Below, one piece after another: positions 37,541-51,850 of a stretch of 64,000 nucleotides of DNA. Below the pieces are notes generated by a model. It did not search any database. It was not told the DNA's origin and worked only from the letters and a program-made list of their open reading frames with translations. Source of the stretch: Amphiscolops sp. MND2022 (lineage: Eukaryota); the NCBI GenBank assembly GCA_964187785.1, contig OZ076409.1:4342001-4406000 (forward strand), given 5' to 3'. Each line of letters begins with the position of its first letter. Positions within the stretch are counted from its first letter, which is position 1. The position numbers were made by a program, and so were the translations under genes.

Positions 37541-37852
37541 ATGAATAATTTGTTGGTGAGATGCTCCGTGAAAGGCATTTCTGATGCAACTGTCAGATGG
37601 GGTATCAAAAGCGCCAACTCTGTCAATTTACTTCCAGTTGCAACAAAACTGGAGAGTTTGCACAAAATGAAATGGGCAGAAGTTCAACAGTTAGCAGAAG
37701 AAGCTGTTAATCCAAATGATATAAAGTTGCATCCTTTGTATGATGACCGTCCTGACAAAGTTCTAGCAGTTGGGCTGAACTATCGAGATCATTGCATGGA
37801 GCAAAATATCGTAGTTGAAAAACTACCGAAAGATCCCCTCATATTCAATAAG
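37541..37852 (+). CDS. FAHD2: Coding exon of a fumarylacetoacetate hydrolase domain-containing protein 2-like gene
   Basis: [19 protein letters not shown]...PKDPLIFNK matches the FAH-family GxNYxxH..P..P..F.K signature; TTTCGATCAG acceptor 2 nt before the ATG; GTTAGT donor at 37853. Downstream exons not found in window. Confidence 0.85.
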
Positions 37853-38019
37853 GTTAGTATTTTGTTAGCTTGAATTTGGCGCTGTCGAGTTTTTCTCATT
37901 TTGTAGATGTTGGGCAATATGGATGTCTTTTCTTACAATTTAAAGGTCCATTAAAAAAATTACGCGTCTTTACGTTATCCCTCTATTTTTCTCTTTATTT
38001 TTTAATTTCTTAAATACAA

Positions 38020-38166
38020 TGGGGACCGTGCGAGGCGAAACTGTGTTGGTCTGCAACGGGAATGTTGGTCCAAAGTTCAGAGGGGCAATTTTATAACTGA
38101 CAGATGAGATAGTGCCGAATCGCTACAAGCCGCAGAGCCTCCTTGCAGTGTCAGTAACGGTCCCCG
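38020..38166. mobile_element. Possible small MITE
   Basis: GGGGACCGT ... ACGGTCCCC inverted ends about 145 bp apart in AT-rich flanks; TSD unclear. Confidence 0.35.
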
Positions 38167-38658
38167 TATATATAAATACTGAAAACCTCATCAAGTTATC
38201 CCTCTTAGTGACAACAATGATACAGCCATTGCTTGTATACGTAGAATCTACTGAAGATGAAGTAACGGTGATGTAACTTTGATAGTCAGTTGGAAAACAA
38301 ACGAAATAGCCAGTCTCAAGTGTGCTAGAGTTTGCTTTTATTCAGCCTAAGGTTCGATCAACAAAAGTTTTTGTTAAGGCGCGAGCTTGTGCAAAAGCTA
38401 TGCGTAGTCGCATTACAAGCATCAGCTATTGGGATAATTTTCTCTGAAGGATTGGAAAATTAAAATCAGAACATATTTGAACTTAATGGGAATTTGAGAC
38501 AAATCTGTTTTAATCTTATACTCACTGAACTCAAATCGTTTGTAAGATTGAACCTATAATTCCATGTGTCATTGACGTGGTAGATTTGCGACTGTGATCA
38601 GTATGCAAATTTTTATTGCAAGATATTATGAGAACCAGTTGACGAGAACATAGTTTAA

Positions 38659-40601
38659 CCCTTTATTGGCCACGCTTCTTCTGATGAAATCTTCGCGAGC
38701 TTTCAACTGAATACGGTGTTGAAATACGCCACTGCAAAAATTTTCAAAATTATATAGAGCAACACCAACCTAGCATAACAATGAACTACTGCCCATCGGA
38801 CAAAACTGGTGAAGTTTCTGTTCAATGGAGTGAACAACTCAAGCAGGATTTTGTTCACTCCGTCGAACTCAAACAAGATAAAATATTAGAAACAAAAATT
38901 TCTCAAAAATCATGGTCTTTTTTGAAGCGATTTCTGAACTTTTGCAAGCATAAATGAACGCTACAAGTTTCATGTTTCCAGAAACTCCTTTCCTTGCAGT
39001 TGACCAATTTGCATCTCTCAATTTTTTCCATACTCAGGCATGTGTTCATTGCTTTTCTATCTTGTTTCGAAGGGCACTAACCGCGGTTGCACCAGCTTTC
39101 TCTTCATTAGTTTGGATTCCTGAAGTATGGATTTCGATAGTCGCTGATCTTGAAGTAATTGATTACACAACATGAGTCGAAAAGATGCAAACGACATACA
39201 GTTGGAACCAAGATGTTGACGGTAGACCAACCAGGCATTCACTGATCGAATAATCTCGGGAAAACTCGTAAATACCATTTCCATCGAGAAGATGTTCGAT
39301 GCAAAGCAATTGCAATTAGCGTGTCGCTGAGGTCAACACCGCCCATGAAGCGGTTATACAACAGCCGGTAGATAAATTTCGGGGACGTTTTTACGTTCCG
39401 ATCCCATCTTTGAACAGTTCCAATAGGATTCATGCCAACAAAATCAGAGCACAGTAGCGCAGTTCGATTATCTAGCCATTGTACTATTGAAAGTTTCGTA
39501 GACTATTTGAAACAATACTCATATGCACCAAGCTCCTTTTCCATGAAGTGTTTTTTCTCTGGAAATTTTTGTGACCGGGTCTTTTATTCTGTTTCGACGA
39601 ATGGTGCAGACCTTTGTGACGTGAGTCCGAACCACGAATTAAAGTCAATGTTGCGAAGAAATTGTCAAAAAATATTTAATTTCTTTCAGGTATATCGCGT
39701 GTTACGCCAATCACTGCGTTTGAAGACTTCAACTCGCAGAAAGTTGCAACACCAGTCTAATCGTAAGAAATTTTTCCTCGAGAAAAGCTGAATTTGTAGG
39801 TATATGCGGATGACCCGCGAATTGCCCAATAATTGAACCCATGATTTACAGGTTTGCTGGGCTTATTTTGTTTCAGTCCGCTCGGTGCTCGTTTTCCTTT
39901 GTAATAGGGCATTTGCTTATCAACTGATACAAACCTGTCCATTGCTACAACAAGCAAAATTGGAGTTCATCTTGTCAAGGAGTGGTCGTATTTTGCACAA
40001 ATTGTCGTATATAGGCGAGGTATCCGAAGGAGCTAATGTACTGTCAGTCAGCAAAATGAAGACTGGCTTTCATTACTTTCACTTCGTTTTCCGTTAAATT
40101 GTCTGCAACGTTTTTTTGTCTGGTATATGATTCCCAATAGCGTCCCTTGTCGCCCAGATCAATGTATCCGGAATATGCTAGAAATCCGAGGAACTTAAAC
40201 AGGCATTTGGCACCCTGAGTTTTGCTGTGTATGATACAGCCTGCTTTGATTGACAATTAGACCGTATATTGACTAGTCAAAATTTTTGAAAAAATAGTCA
40301 CATGGAGTGGTCCTATAAATGTCTGAAAGGTCGGCCGTAATATGAATCGGAGTTCGTTTCTTCGTTGGTAAAAAACTGTCATTAAAGTCTCGCTCGACCC
40401 ATTGTGACCTTGATGGCACGCCCCCTCCAGTTTTGGGTGAACAGGAACTTTCATCATCTGCGTCTGTTTTTCGGCGACAATTTCATCGTTGATTGTCATC
40501 GTTCGATATTGCCTGCAAACTTGACTTTTCCGTCGGTGGTCTTCCAGATGGAGAAGTTTATACTCACTCAGATGGGATTGTAGTCTTTTTTTCTTCGTAG
40601 G
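38659..40601 (-). mobile_element. piggyBac transposon relic (3' end and fragmented transposase)
   Basis: TTAA (38655-38658) then CCCTTTATTGGCC terminus; SVDKQMPYYKGKRAPSGLKQNKPSKPVNHGFNYW, VQRWDR and YNRFMGGVDLSD transposase motifs; 5' part lost at the Helitron junction. Confidence 0.88.
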
Positions 40602-41584
40602 AGCTGTGATCGACCTCATTTTAGTTGAGCTGTATGGTCGTTTTAGGTTTTATGGTGTCACTTTTGGTATACTTTTGCTCTCGACATTTTTTTATTCCGG
40701 GAAAATCAGGGTCAAGAAGATCACTGCTCCGTTTTTTTTCTGCTTTTTTCTCCCGCTGCTTCTCGCGTTCCGATTTCTCCAAAAGCTGCTTCGGTAGACC
40801 TGCACAAACTGAAGTAGCTGTAGTAACTTTCACACAGATGTTAGTCAACTCGAACAACGTATGCCTCGTCAACTGACATGCCACAGGGTAGAAGTGGGTG
40901 ACAGGGCTTTGAACAGTGCCTATAACAATGACTAGGTTCAACTCCCTCAAACGGCACATGCGTTGTTTCTTTCAGTAAGTCCCATTGTTTTTCTTTCTAG
41001 AAAGGAAGAGTTTACGAGGTTGTCAAACAATTCGTTAGACTCGTCACTGGATTCTTCGAGCATAGGATCATTGTTGACTTTCACAACTCCGGTCCATTCT
41101 TGTCGTTTCCATTGCATTTTAACACTCGTACCTCCTTTTATTTCCAAAACGTCGGATAGAACAATAAATTTTTTGTACTGTACTTCTTGTTGTCCCTAAT
41201 ATCTTCAATAGCGTTATTATTCTTAAACGGTTTCCAATAAACTGATTGCCAATCAACTTGCGTAGATGCAGCCATTGCAAAATCTTAAATATATAATAGA
41301 TCAAGCTGAGAAGTAAGTAAAGATGAAGAAATATTTTGTTCATTACTGTGATCAAAAGGTCTTGAAATGGTTCGTCCTGATGAACAAATTCTTCTGTTTC
41401 CTAGCGTGTAATTCGTCTTCACTGTGATGATTCAGTGAAATATTCATTCTCGATGAAGTATTATGTTCATTGATTTTTTCCAAGATGTTTCAATACATTC
41501 TTTTTTAGTTGTTTGTGCAGATTTTTTCTGTAAATTTCAAATGTGCAGAATTTTGAAAGCTAATCCTTTTCTCAGTCGACTTCA
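40602..41584 (-). pseudogene. Second copy of the 5' part of the RepHel gene (truncated)
   Basis: Near-identical to 61307-62290 (ORFs 40621/61396, 40947/61652, 41119/61824). Confidence 0.85.
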
Positions 41585-42413
41585 TTTGTTTGAGTGTGCT
41601 CTTTTGATTGGACAGTGTGATGAGTGACGTCATTTCTGAAAGCTGACCGACCGACAAAGGGAGAGCTAGTTCTCAATACTTTTGGTAGTGCTCTTATTTT
41701 TATGTTACGTCATACATGTATCAAGAAATCATGAGTTAAAGTTTGTTCACTGAGATGAACATGGCCAATAAGAGATTGAAATCATCGATCGTTAAACAGC
41801 CACGCCGTGCAGTCGAAGATAGCTAAAATCATTAACAAAAATCAAAAACATCAAAGGCCCAACTTAAAAAAAAACGAATTGTTCACTGTGCACCAGTCTT
41901 CACAAAACTTCAATTTACTTCAGAGTCTTGAACAGAGCAAGAACAATATTGGGCGAATCTCTTTCGGTGTTTGATTCCACCTTACAATAGTACTAGACGT
42001 GTACGGTTGAACGGAGAGAGTCAAGAGAAAGAAAAGTGTTAAGAAAAGAAAGTTACTTACGTGATTGGAGAAGGATCGTCTTCAGTCGGGTGTTGCTTGA
42101 TAGGTTAATTAGTGGTTGATGATGTTCAAGAATATGGTAGTGTTGTTATTACATAAATGGTCGCACATATTCCAATTGAAATGTAAAATTTTCCTTGGCT
42201 TTTTTCACATTTTCCTAAAATCCTACTTAGATTTCATGTCAACCTCCTAACTGCTCACTCAGTGGCTCATTTAGAAAAACTCTACCAGGTAGAAAAAAAT
42301 GCAATTAGTTATCTACCTTTCCAAAATTCATTCTACCTGCTGATTTTGTTGTCAATAAGAACAGAAATTACCGATAATATGAGATTAATAACAAGAGTAT
42401 TTTGAGTTTAAAT

Positions 42414-42461
42414 TGTGGTGAATATCCGAAGTCTCACAAGGACCACACACTATTCACCACA
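42414..42461 (-). ncRNA. Conserved stem-loop just 3' of the OB-like gene (present in every array unit)
   Basis: 11-bp perfect outer stem TGTGGTGAATA/TATTCACCACA enclosing TGTGT-GGTC-CTTGTGA-GACT-TCGG; same core as 58109-58156 and 58177-58226. Confidence 0.6.
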
Positions 42462-45400
42462 GCAGCGCTGAATGGAAGCTAGTTTTAAAGGATGCCGATC
42501 ATTCTGTAGTGGTACCACTGTGCTAGCTGCTCTGTGGAAAGGCAGTTGCTGGCGCGATGCTGCATATGTGGAACTTTTTGTTCTCAACAGCAACCCTCTT
42601 GTCAATTGCAGGCTTGAACCATCCTTGGATGAAGCCTTGGGACCCGTTCACACTTGCAATCAATTTCTCAACAGCGGCGTCTAACTCAAACCTATCGAGA
42701 TTTTCATTGTCACCCTTAAGGCAACGAGCAGTCGAGGTGACAAAGACATTGGTGAGGGCGTTTGAATTCACTCGGAAAACATCACCGACATTGTTTATTT
42801 CCGTGGTGAGCTCGGGGCACGTGAAGGCAAGGGAGATAGCCCAGGTTCTGTCCTGGTTTGTTTCGAGGCGCGGGCATGGATCGTGGTAAGTCTGCCCGTC
42901 ACAAAGCCTAGATAGACAGACACTTTCGGCAACCAATGCGGAGTCTAGCTTAAGGGCTTCCGTGGTGAAGAGAAAACCGCCGTAGTTGCTGTTCTCCACG
43001 TCGAATGGCGGCGGAACGGAAACATTAGTCGGAGCGGCAATCGGTACAAAGGGCTCATTCGTTGTCACTAACATTGTTTGGCGCCGTGACAAATGGCCAA
43101 TCAGCTCGGGTTTCAGTAGATTTAGCTGTGTCCCGTACCAAAGTACGCAGCATATCTTGAAAGTTTCCTCGATTCCTCCGAATTTTCAGAAAATAGGGCG
43201 TACCAGCATGAAGAACCTACTGCATTGCGGAGCTGTAGTATTACATTCTTTCTTTTTTAGTTGTTTGTGCAGAATTTTTCTGCAAATTTCAAATATGCAG
43301 AATTTTGAAAGCTAATCCTTTTCTCAGTCGACTTCATTTGTTTGAGTGTGCTCTTTTGATTGGACAGTGTGATGAGTGACGTCATTTCTGAAAGCTGAAC
43401 GACCGACAAAGGGAGAGCTAGTTCTCAATAATTTTGGTAGTGCTCTCAATTTTATGTTACGTCATACATGTATTAAGAAATCATGAGTTAAAGTTTGTTC
43501 ACTGAGATGAACATGGCCAATAAGAGATTAAAATCATCGATCGTTAAACAGCCACACCGTGCAGTCGAAGATAGCTAAATTCATTAACAAAAATCAAAAA
43601 CATCAAAGGCCCAACTAAAAAACGAATTGTTCACTGTGCACCAGTCTTCACAAGACTTCAATTTACTTCAGAGTCTTGAACAGAGCTAGAACATTATTGG
43701 GCGAATCTCTTTCGGTGTTTGATTCCACCTTACAATAGTACTAGACGTGTACGGTTGAACGGAGAGAGTAAAGAGAAAGAAAAGTGTTAGGAAAAGAAAG
43801 TTACTTACGTGATTGGAGAAGGATCGTCTTCAGTCGGTTGTTGCTTGATAGGTTAATTAGTGGTTAATGATGTTCAAGAATGTGGTACTGTTGTTATTAC
43901 ATATATGGTCGCACATATTCCAATTGAAATGTAAAATTTACCTTGGCTTTTTTTTACATTTTCCTAAAATCCTACTTAGATTTCATGTCAACCTCCTAAC
44001 TGCTCACTCAGTGGCTCATTTAAAAAAACTGTACCAGGTAGAAAAAAATGCAATTAGTTATCTACCTTTCCAAAATTCATTCTACCTGCTGATTTTGTTG
44101 TCAATAAGAACACAAATTACCCTTAATATGATATTAATAAGAGTATTTTAATTTTAAATTGTGGTGAATATCCGAAGTCTCACAAAGACCACACACTATT
44201 CACCACAACAGCGCTGAATGGATGCTAGTTTTAAAGGATGTCGATCATTCTGTAGTGGTACCACTGTGGTAGCTGCTCTTTGGAAAGGGCAGTTGCTGGC
44301 GCGATGCTGCATATGTGGAACTTTTTGTTCTCAACAGCAACCCTCTTGTCAATTGCAGGGTTGAACCATCCTTGGATGGTGAAGCCTTGGAACCCGTTCA
44401 CACTTGCAATCAATTTCTCAACAGCGGCGTCTAACTCGAACTTCGAGTTTTTCATTGTCGCCCTTAAGGCAACGAGCAGTCGGGGTGACAAAGACATTGG
44501 TGAGGGCGTTTGAATTCACTCGGAAAACATCACCGACATTGTTTGTTTCCGTGGTGAGCTCGGGGCACGTGAAGGCAAGGGAGATAGCCCAGGTTCTGTC
44601 CTGGTTTGTTTCGAGGCGCGGGCATGGATCGTGGTAAGTCTGCCCGTCACAAAGCCTAGATAGACAGACACTTTCGGCAACCAATGCGGAGTCTAGCTTA
44701 AGGGCTTTCGTGGTAAAGAGAAAACCGCCGTAGTTGCTGTTCTCCACGTCGAATGGCGGCGGAACGGAAACATTAGTCGGAGCGGCAATCGGTACAAAGG
44801 GCTCATTCGTTGTCACTAACATTGTTTGGCGCCGTGACAAATGGCCAATCAGCTCGGGCTTCAGTAGATTTAGCTGTGTCCCCGTACCAAAGTACGCTGC
44901 ATATCTTGAAAGTTTCCTCGATTCCTCCGAATTTTCAGAAAACAGGGCGTAACAGCATGAAGAACTTACTGCATTGAGGAGCTGTAGTATTACATTCTTT
45001 CTTTTTTAGTTGTTTGTGCAGAATTTTTCTGCAAATTTCAAATATGCAGAATTTTCAAAGCCAAGCCTTTTCTCAGTCGACTTCATTCGTTTGAGTGTGC
45101 TCTTTTGATTGGACAGTGTGATGAGTGACGTCATTTCTGAAAGCTGAACGACCGACAAAGGGAGAGCTAGTTCTCAATAATTTTGGTAGTGCTCTCAATT
45201 TTATGTTACGTCATACATGTATTAAGAAATCATGAGTTAAAGTTTGTTCACTGAGATGAACATGGCCAATAAGAGATTGAAATCATCGATCGTTAAACAG
45301 CCACGCCGTGCAGTCGAAGATAGCTAAAATCATTAACAAAAATCAAAAACATCAAAGGCCCAACTAAAAAAAAACGAATTGTTCACTGTGCACCAGTCTT

Positions 45401-48400
45401 CACAAAGCTTCAATTTACTTCAGATTCTTGAACAGAGCAAGAACAATATTGGGCGATTCTCTTTCGGTGTTTGATTCCACCTTACAATAGTACTAGACGT
45501 GTATGGTTAAACGGAGAGTCAAGAGAAAGAGAAGTGTTAAGAAAAGAAAGTTACTTACGTGATTGGAGAAGGATCGTCTTCAGTCGGGTTTTGCTTGATA
45601 GGTTAATTAATGGTTAATGATGTTCAAGAATGTGGTAGTGTTGTTAATACATAAATGGTCGCACATATTCCAATTGAAATGTAAAATTTACCTTGGCTTT
45701 TTTTACATTTTCCTAAAATCCTACTTAGATTTCATGTCAACCTCCTAACTGCTCACTCAGTGGCTCATTTAAAAAAACTGTACCAGGTAGAAAAAAATGC
45801 AATTAGTTATCTACCTTTCCAAAATTCATTCTACCTGCTGATTTTGTTGTCAATAAGAACACGAATTACCCATAATATGATATTAATAAGAGTATTTTAA
45901 TTTTAAATTGTGGTGAATATCCGAAGTCTCACAAAGACCACACACTATTCATCACAACAGCGCTGAATGGATGCTAGTTTTAAAGGATGCCGATCATTCT
46001 GTAGTGGTACCACTGTGGTAGCTGCTCTGTGGAAAGGGCAGTTGCTGGCGCGATGCTGCATATGTGGAACTTTTTGTTCTCAACAGCAACCCTCTTGTCA
46101 ATTGCAGGGTTGAACCATCCTTGGATGGTGAAGCCTTGGGATCCGTTCACACTTGCAATCAATTTCTCAACAGCGGCGTCTAACTCGAACTTCGAGTTTT
46201 TCATTGTCGCCCTTAAGGCAACGAGCAGTCGGGGTGACAAAGACATTGGTGAGGGCGTTTGAATTCACTCGGAAAACATCACCGACATTGTTTGTTTCCG
46301 TGGTGAGCTCGGGGCACGTGAAGGCAAGGGAGATAGCCCAGGTTCTGTCCTGGTTTGTTTCGAGGCGCGGGCATGGATCGTGGTAAGTCTGCCCGTCACA
46401 AAGCCTAGACGGACAGACACTTTCGGCAACCAATGCGGAGTCTAGCTTAAGGGCTTTCGTGGTAAAGAGAAAACCGCCGTAGTTGCTGTTCTCCACGTCG
46501 AATGGCGGCGGAACGGAAACATTAGTCGGAGCGGCAATCGGTACAAAGGGCTCATTCGTTGTCACTAACATTGTTTGGCGCCGTGACAAATGGCCAATCA
46601 GCTCGGGCTTCAGTAGATTTAGCTGTGTCCCCGTACCAAAGTACGCTGCATATCTTGAAAGTTTCCTCGATTCCTCCGAATTTTCAGAAAATAGGGCGTA
46701 CCAGCATGAAGAACCTACTGCATTGCGGAGCTGTAGTATTACATTCTTTCTTTTTTAGTTGTTTGTGCAGAATTTTTCTGCAAATTTCAAATATGCAGAA
46801 TTTTCAAAGCTAAGCCTTTTCTCAGTCGACTTCATTCGTTTGAGTGTGCTCTTTTGATTGGACAGTGTGATGAGTGACGTCATTTCTGAAAGCTGAACGA
46901 CCGACAAAGGGAGAGCTAGTTCTCAATAATTTTGGTAGTGCTCTCAATTTTATGTTACGTCATACATGTATCAAGAAATCATGAGTTAAAGTTTGTTCAC
47001 TGAGATGAACATGGCCAATAAGAGATTAAAATCATCGATCGTTAAACAGCCACACCGTACAGTCGAAGATAGCTAAATTCATTAACAAAAATCAAAAACA
47101 TCAAAGGCCCAACTAAAAAAAAACGAATTGTTCACTGTGCACCAGTCTTCACAAAGCTTCAATTTACTTCAGATTCTTGAACAGAGCAAGAACAATATTG
47201 GGCGATTCTCTTTCGGTGTTTGATTCCACCTTACAATAGTACTAGACGTGTATGGTTAAACGGAGAGTCAAGAGAAAGAGAAGTGTTAAGAAAAGAAAGT
47301 AACTTACGTGATTGGAGAAGGATCGTCTTCAGTCGGGTGTTGCTTGATAGGTTAATTAGTGGTTAATGATGTTCAAGAATGTGGTAGTGTTGTTATTACA
47401 TAAATGGTCGCACATATTCCAATTGAAATGTAAAATTTACCTTGGCTTTTTTTACATTTTCCTAAAATCCTACTTAGATTTCATGTCAACCTCCTAACTG
47501 CTCACTCAGTGGCTCATTAAAAAAAACTGTACCAGGTAGAAAAAAAATGCAATTAGTTATCTACCTTTCCAAAATTCATTCTACCTGCTGATTTTGTTGT
47601 CAATAAGAACATAAATTACCGATAATATGAGATTAATAAGAGTATTTTAAGTTTAAATTGTGGTGAATAGCCGAAGTCTCACAAGGACCACACACTATTC
47701 ACCACAACAGCGCTGAATGGAAGCTAGTTTTAAAGGATGGCGATCATTCTGTAGTGGTACCACTGTGCTAGCTGCTCTGTGGAAAGGGCAGTTGCTGGCG
47801 CGATGCTGCATATGTGGAACTTTTTGTTCTCAACAGCAACCCTCTTGTCAATTGCAGGCTTGAACCATCCTTGGATGGTGAAGCCTTAGGACCCGTTCAC
47901 ACTTGCAATCAATTTCTCAACAGCGGCGTCTAACTCGAACCTATCGAGTTCTTAATTGTTGCCCTTAAGGCAACGAGCAGTCGGGGTGACAAAGACATTG
48001 GTGAGGGCGTTTGAATTCACTCGGAAAACATCACCGACATTGTTTGTTTCCGTGGTGAGCTCGGGGCACGTGAAGGCAAGGGAGATAGCCCAGGTTTTGT
48101 CCTGGTTTGTTTCGAGGCGCGGGCATGGATCGTGGTAAGTCTGCCCGTCACAAAGCCTAGACGGACAGACACTTTCGGCAACCAATGCGGAGTATAGCTT
48201 AAGGGCTTTCGTGGTAAAGAGAAAACCGCCGTAGTTGCTGTTCTCCACGTCGAATGGCGGCGGAACGGAAACATTAGTCGGAGCGCCAATCGGTACCAGG
48301 GGCTCATTCGTTGTCACTAACATTGTTTGGCCCCGTGACAAATGGCCAATCAGCTCGGGCTTCAGTAGATTTAGCTGTGTCCCCGTACCAAAGTACGCTG

Positions 48401-51235
48401 CATATCTTGAAAGTTTCCTCGATTCCTCCGAATTTTCAGAAAACAGGGCGTAACAGCATGAAGAACTTACTGCATTGAGGAGCTGTAGTATTACATTCTT
48501 TCTTTTTTAGTTGTTTGTGCAGAATTTTTCTGCAAATTTCAAATATGCAGAATTTTCAAAGCTAAGCCTTTTCTCAGTCGACTTCATTCGTTTGAGTGTG
48601 CTCTTTTGATTGGACAGTGTGATGAGTGACGTCATTTCTGAAAGCTGAACGACCGACAAAGGGAGAGCTAGTTCTCAATAATTTTGGTAGTGCTCTCAAT
48701 TTTATATTACGTCATACATGTATCAAGAAATCATGAGTTAAAGTTTGTTCACTGAGATGAACATGGCCAATAAGAGATTAAAATCATCGATCGTTAAACA
48801 GCCACACCGTACAGTCGAAGATAGCTAAATTCATTAACAAAAATCAAAAACATCAAAGGCCCAACTAAAAAAAACGAATTGTTCACTGTGCACCAGTCTT
48901 CACAAAGCTTCAATTTACTTCAGATTCTTGAACAGAGCAAGAACAATATTGGGCGACTCTCTTTCGGTGTTTGATTCCACCTTACAATAGTACTAGACGT
49001 GTATGGTTAAACGGAGAGTCAAGAGAAAGAGAAGTGTTAAGAAAAGAAAGTTACTTACGTGATTGGAGAAGGCTCGTCTTTAGTCGGGTGTTGCTTGATA
49101 GGTTAATTAGTGGTTAATGATGTTCAAGAATGTGGTAGTGTTGTTATTACATAAATGATCGCACATATTCCAATTGAAAAGTAAAATTTACCTTGGCTTT
49201 TTTTTACATTTTCATAAAATCCTACTTAGATTTCATGTCAACCTCCTAACTGCTCACTCAGTGGCTCATTTAAAAAAACTGTACCAGGTAGAAAAAAATG
49301 CAATTAGTTATCTACCTTTCCAAAATTCATTCTACCTGCTGATTTTGTTGTCAATGAGAACAGAAATTACCGATAATATGAGATCAATAACAAGAGTATT
49401 TTAAGTTTAAATTGTGGTGAATATCCGAAGTCTCACAAAGACCACACACTATTCACCACAACAGCGCTGAATGGATGCTAGTTTTAAAGGATGCCGATCA
49501 TTCTGTAGTGGTACCACTGTGGTAGCTGCTCTGTGGAAAGGGCAGTTGCTGGCGCGATGCTGCATATGTGGAACTTTTTGTTCTCAACAGCAACCCTCTT
49601 GTCAATTGCAGGTTTGAACCATCCTTGGATGGTGAAGCCTTGGGACCCCTTCACACTTGCAATCAATTTCTAAACAGCGGCGTCTAACTCGAACCTATCG
49701 AGTTCTTAATTGTTGCCCTTAAGGCAACGAGCAGTCGGGGTGACAAAGACATTGGTGAGGGCGTTTGAATTCACTCGGAAAACATCACCGACATTGTTTG
49801 TTTCCGTGGTGAGCTCGGGGCACGTGAAGGCAAGGGAGATAGCCCAGGTTCTGTCCTGGTTTGTTTCGAGGCGCGGGCATGGATCGTGGTAAGTCTGCCC
49901 GTCACAAAGCCTAGACGGACAGACACTTTCGGCAACCAATGCGGAGTATAGCTTAAGGGCTTTCGTGGTAAAGAGAAAACCGCCGTAGTTGCTGTTCTCC
50001 ACGTCGAATGGCGGCGGAACGGAAACATTAGTCGGAGCGGCAATCGGTACCAGGGGCTCATTCGTTGTCACTAACATTGTTTGGCCCCGTGACAAATGGC
50101 CAATCAGCTCGGGCTTCAGTAGATTTAGCTGTGTCCCCGTACCAAAGTACGCTGCATATCTTGAAAGTTTCCTCGATTCCTCCGAATTTTCAGAAAACAG
50201 GGCGTAACAGCATGAAGAACTTACTGCATTGAGGAGCTGTAGTATTACATTCTTTCTTTTTTAGTTGTTTGTGCAGAATTTTTCTGCAAATTTCAAATAT
50301 GCAGAATTTTCAAAGCTAAGCCTTTTCTCAGTCGACTTCATTCGTTTGAGTGTGCTCTTTTGATTGGACAGTGTGATGAGTGACGTCATTTCTGAAAGCT
50401 GAACGACCGACAAAGGGAGAGCTAGTTCTCAATAATTTTGGTAGTGCTCTCAATTTTATGTTACGTCATACATGTATCAAGAAATCATGAGTTAAAGTTT
50501 GTTCACTGAGATGAACATGGCCAATAAGAGATTAAAATCATCGATCGTTAAACAGCCACACCGTACAGTCGAAGATAGCTAAATTCATTAACAAAAATCA
50601 AAAACATCAAAGGCCCAACTAAAAAAAAAACGAATTGTTCACTGTGCACCAGTCTTTACAAAGCTTCAATTTACTTCAGATTCTTGAACAGAGCAAGAAC
50701 AAAATTGAGCGATTCTCTTTCGGTGTTTGATTCCACCTTACAATAGTACTAGACGTGTATGGTTAAACGGAGAGTCAAGAGAAAGAGAAGTGTTAAAAGA
50801 AAGTTACTTACGTGATTGGAGAAGGATCGTCTTCAGTCGGGTGTTGCTTGATAGGTTAATTAGTGGTTAATGATGTTCAAGAATGTGGTAGTGTTGTTAT
50901 TACATAAATGGTCGCACATATTCCAATTGAAATGTAAAATTTATCTTGGCTTTTTTTACATTTTCCTAAAATCCTACTTAGATTTCATGTCAACATCCTA
51001 ACTGCTCACTCAGTGGCTCATTAAAAAAAACTGTACCAGGTAGAAAAAAATGCAATTAGTTATCTACCTTTCCAAAATTCATTCTACCTGCTGATTTTGT
51101 TGTCAATGAGAACAGAAATTACCGATAATATGAGATCAATAACAAGAGTATTTTAAGTTTAAATTGTGGTGAATATCCGAAGTCTCACAAGGACCACACA
51201 CTATTCACCACAACAGCGCTGAATGGAAGCTAGTT

Positions 51236-51850
51236 TTAAAGGATGCCGATCATTCTGTAGTGGTACCACTGTGGTAGCTGGTCTGTGGAAAGGGCAGTTG
51301 CTGGCGCGATGCTGCATATGTGGAACTTTTTGTTCTCAACAGCAACCCTCTTCTCGTCAATTGCAGGCTTGAACCATCCTTGGATGGTGAAGCCTTGGGA
51401 CCCGTTCACACTTGCAATCAATTTCTCAACAGCGGCGTCTAAGTCGATCCTATCGAGTTTTTCATTGTCGCCCTTAAGGCAACGAGCAGTCGGGGTGACC
51501 AAGACATTGGTGAGTGCGTTTGAATTCACTCGAAAAACATCACCGACATTGTTCATTTCCGTGGTGAGCTCGGGGCACGTGAAGGCAAGGGAGATAGCCC
51601 AGGTTCTGTCCTGGTTTGTTTCGAGGCGCGGGCATGGATCGTGGTAAGTCTGCCCGTCACAAAGCCTAGACGGACAGACACTGTCGGCAACCAATGCGGA
51701 GTCTAGCTTAAGGGCTTTCGTGGTAAAGAAAAAACTGCCGTAGTTGCTGTTCTCCACGTCGAATGGCGGCGGATCGGAAACATTAGTCGGAGCGGCAATC
51801 GGTACCAGGGGCTCATTCGTTGTCACTAACCTTGTTTGGCCCCGTGACAA
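51236..51850 (-). pseudogene. 5'-truncated copy of the OB-like gene, open for 204 aa (near-identical twin at 52984-53598)
   Basis: ORF track; best-preserved C-terminal half (CPSRLCDGQ..CP..GFTIQGWFKP..HICSI). Confidence 0.7.

Noticed and set aside
42462..42484. Plus-strand CAGCGCTG palindrome followed by CTAG|T as a Helitron 3' terminus
   Set aside because: It is antisense to RepHel and abuts the OB-like stop codon with continuous element sequence on both sides; no matching 5' TC end.
42557..42889. Plus-strand ORFs in each array unit
   Set aside because: Antisense shadows of the OB-like gene.
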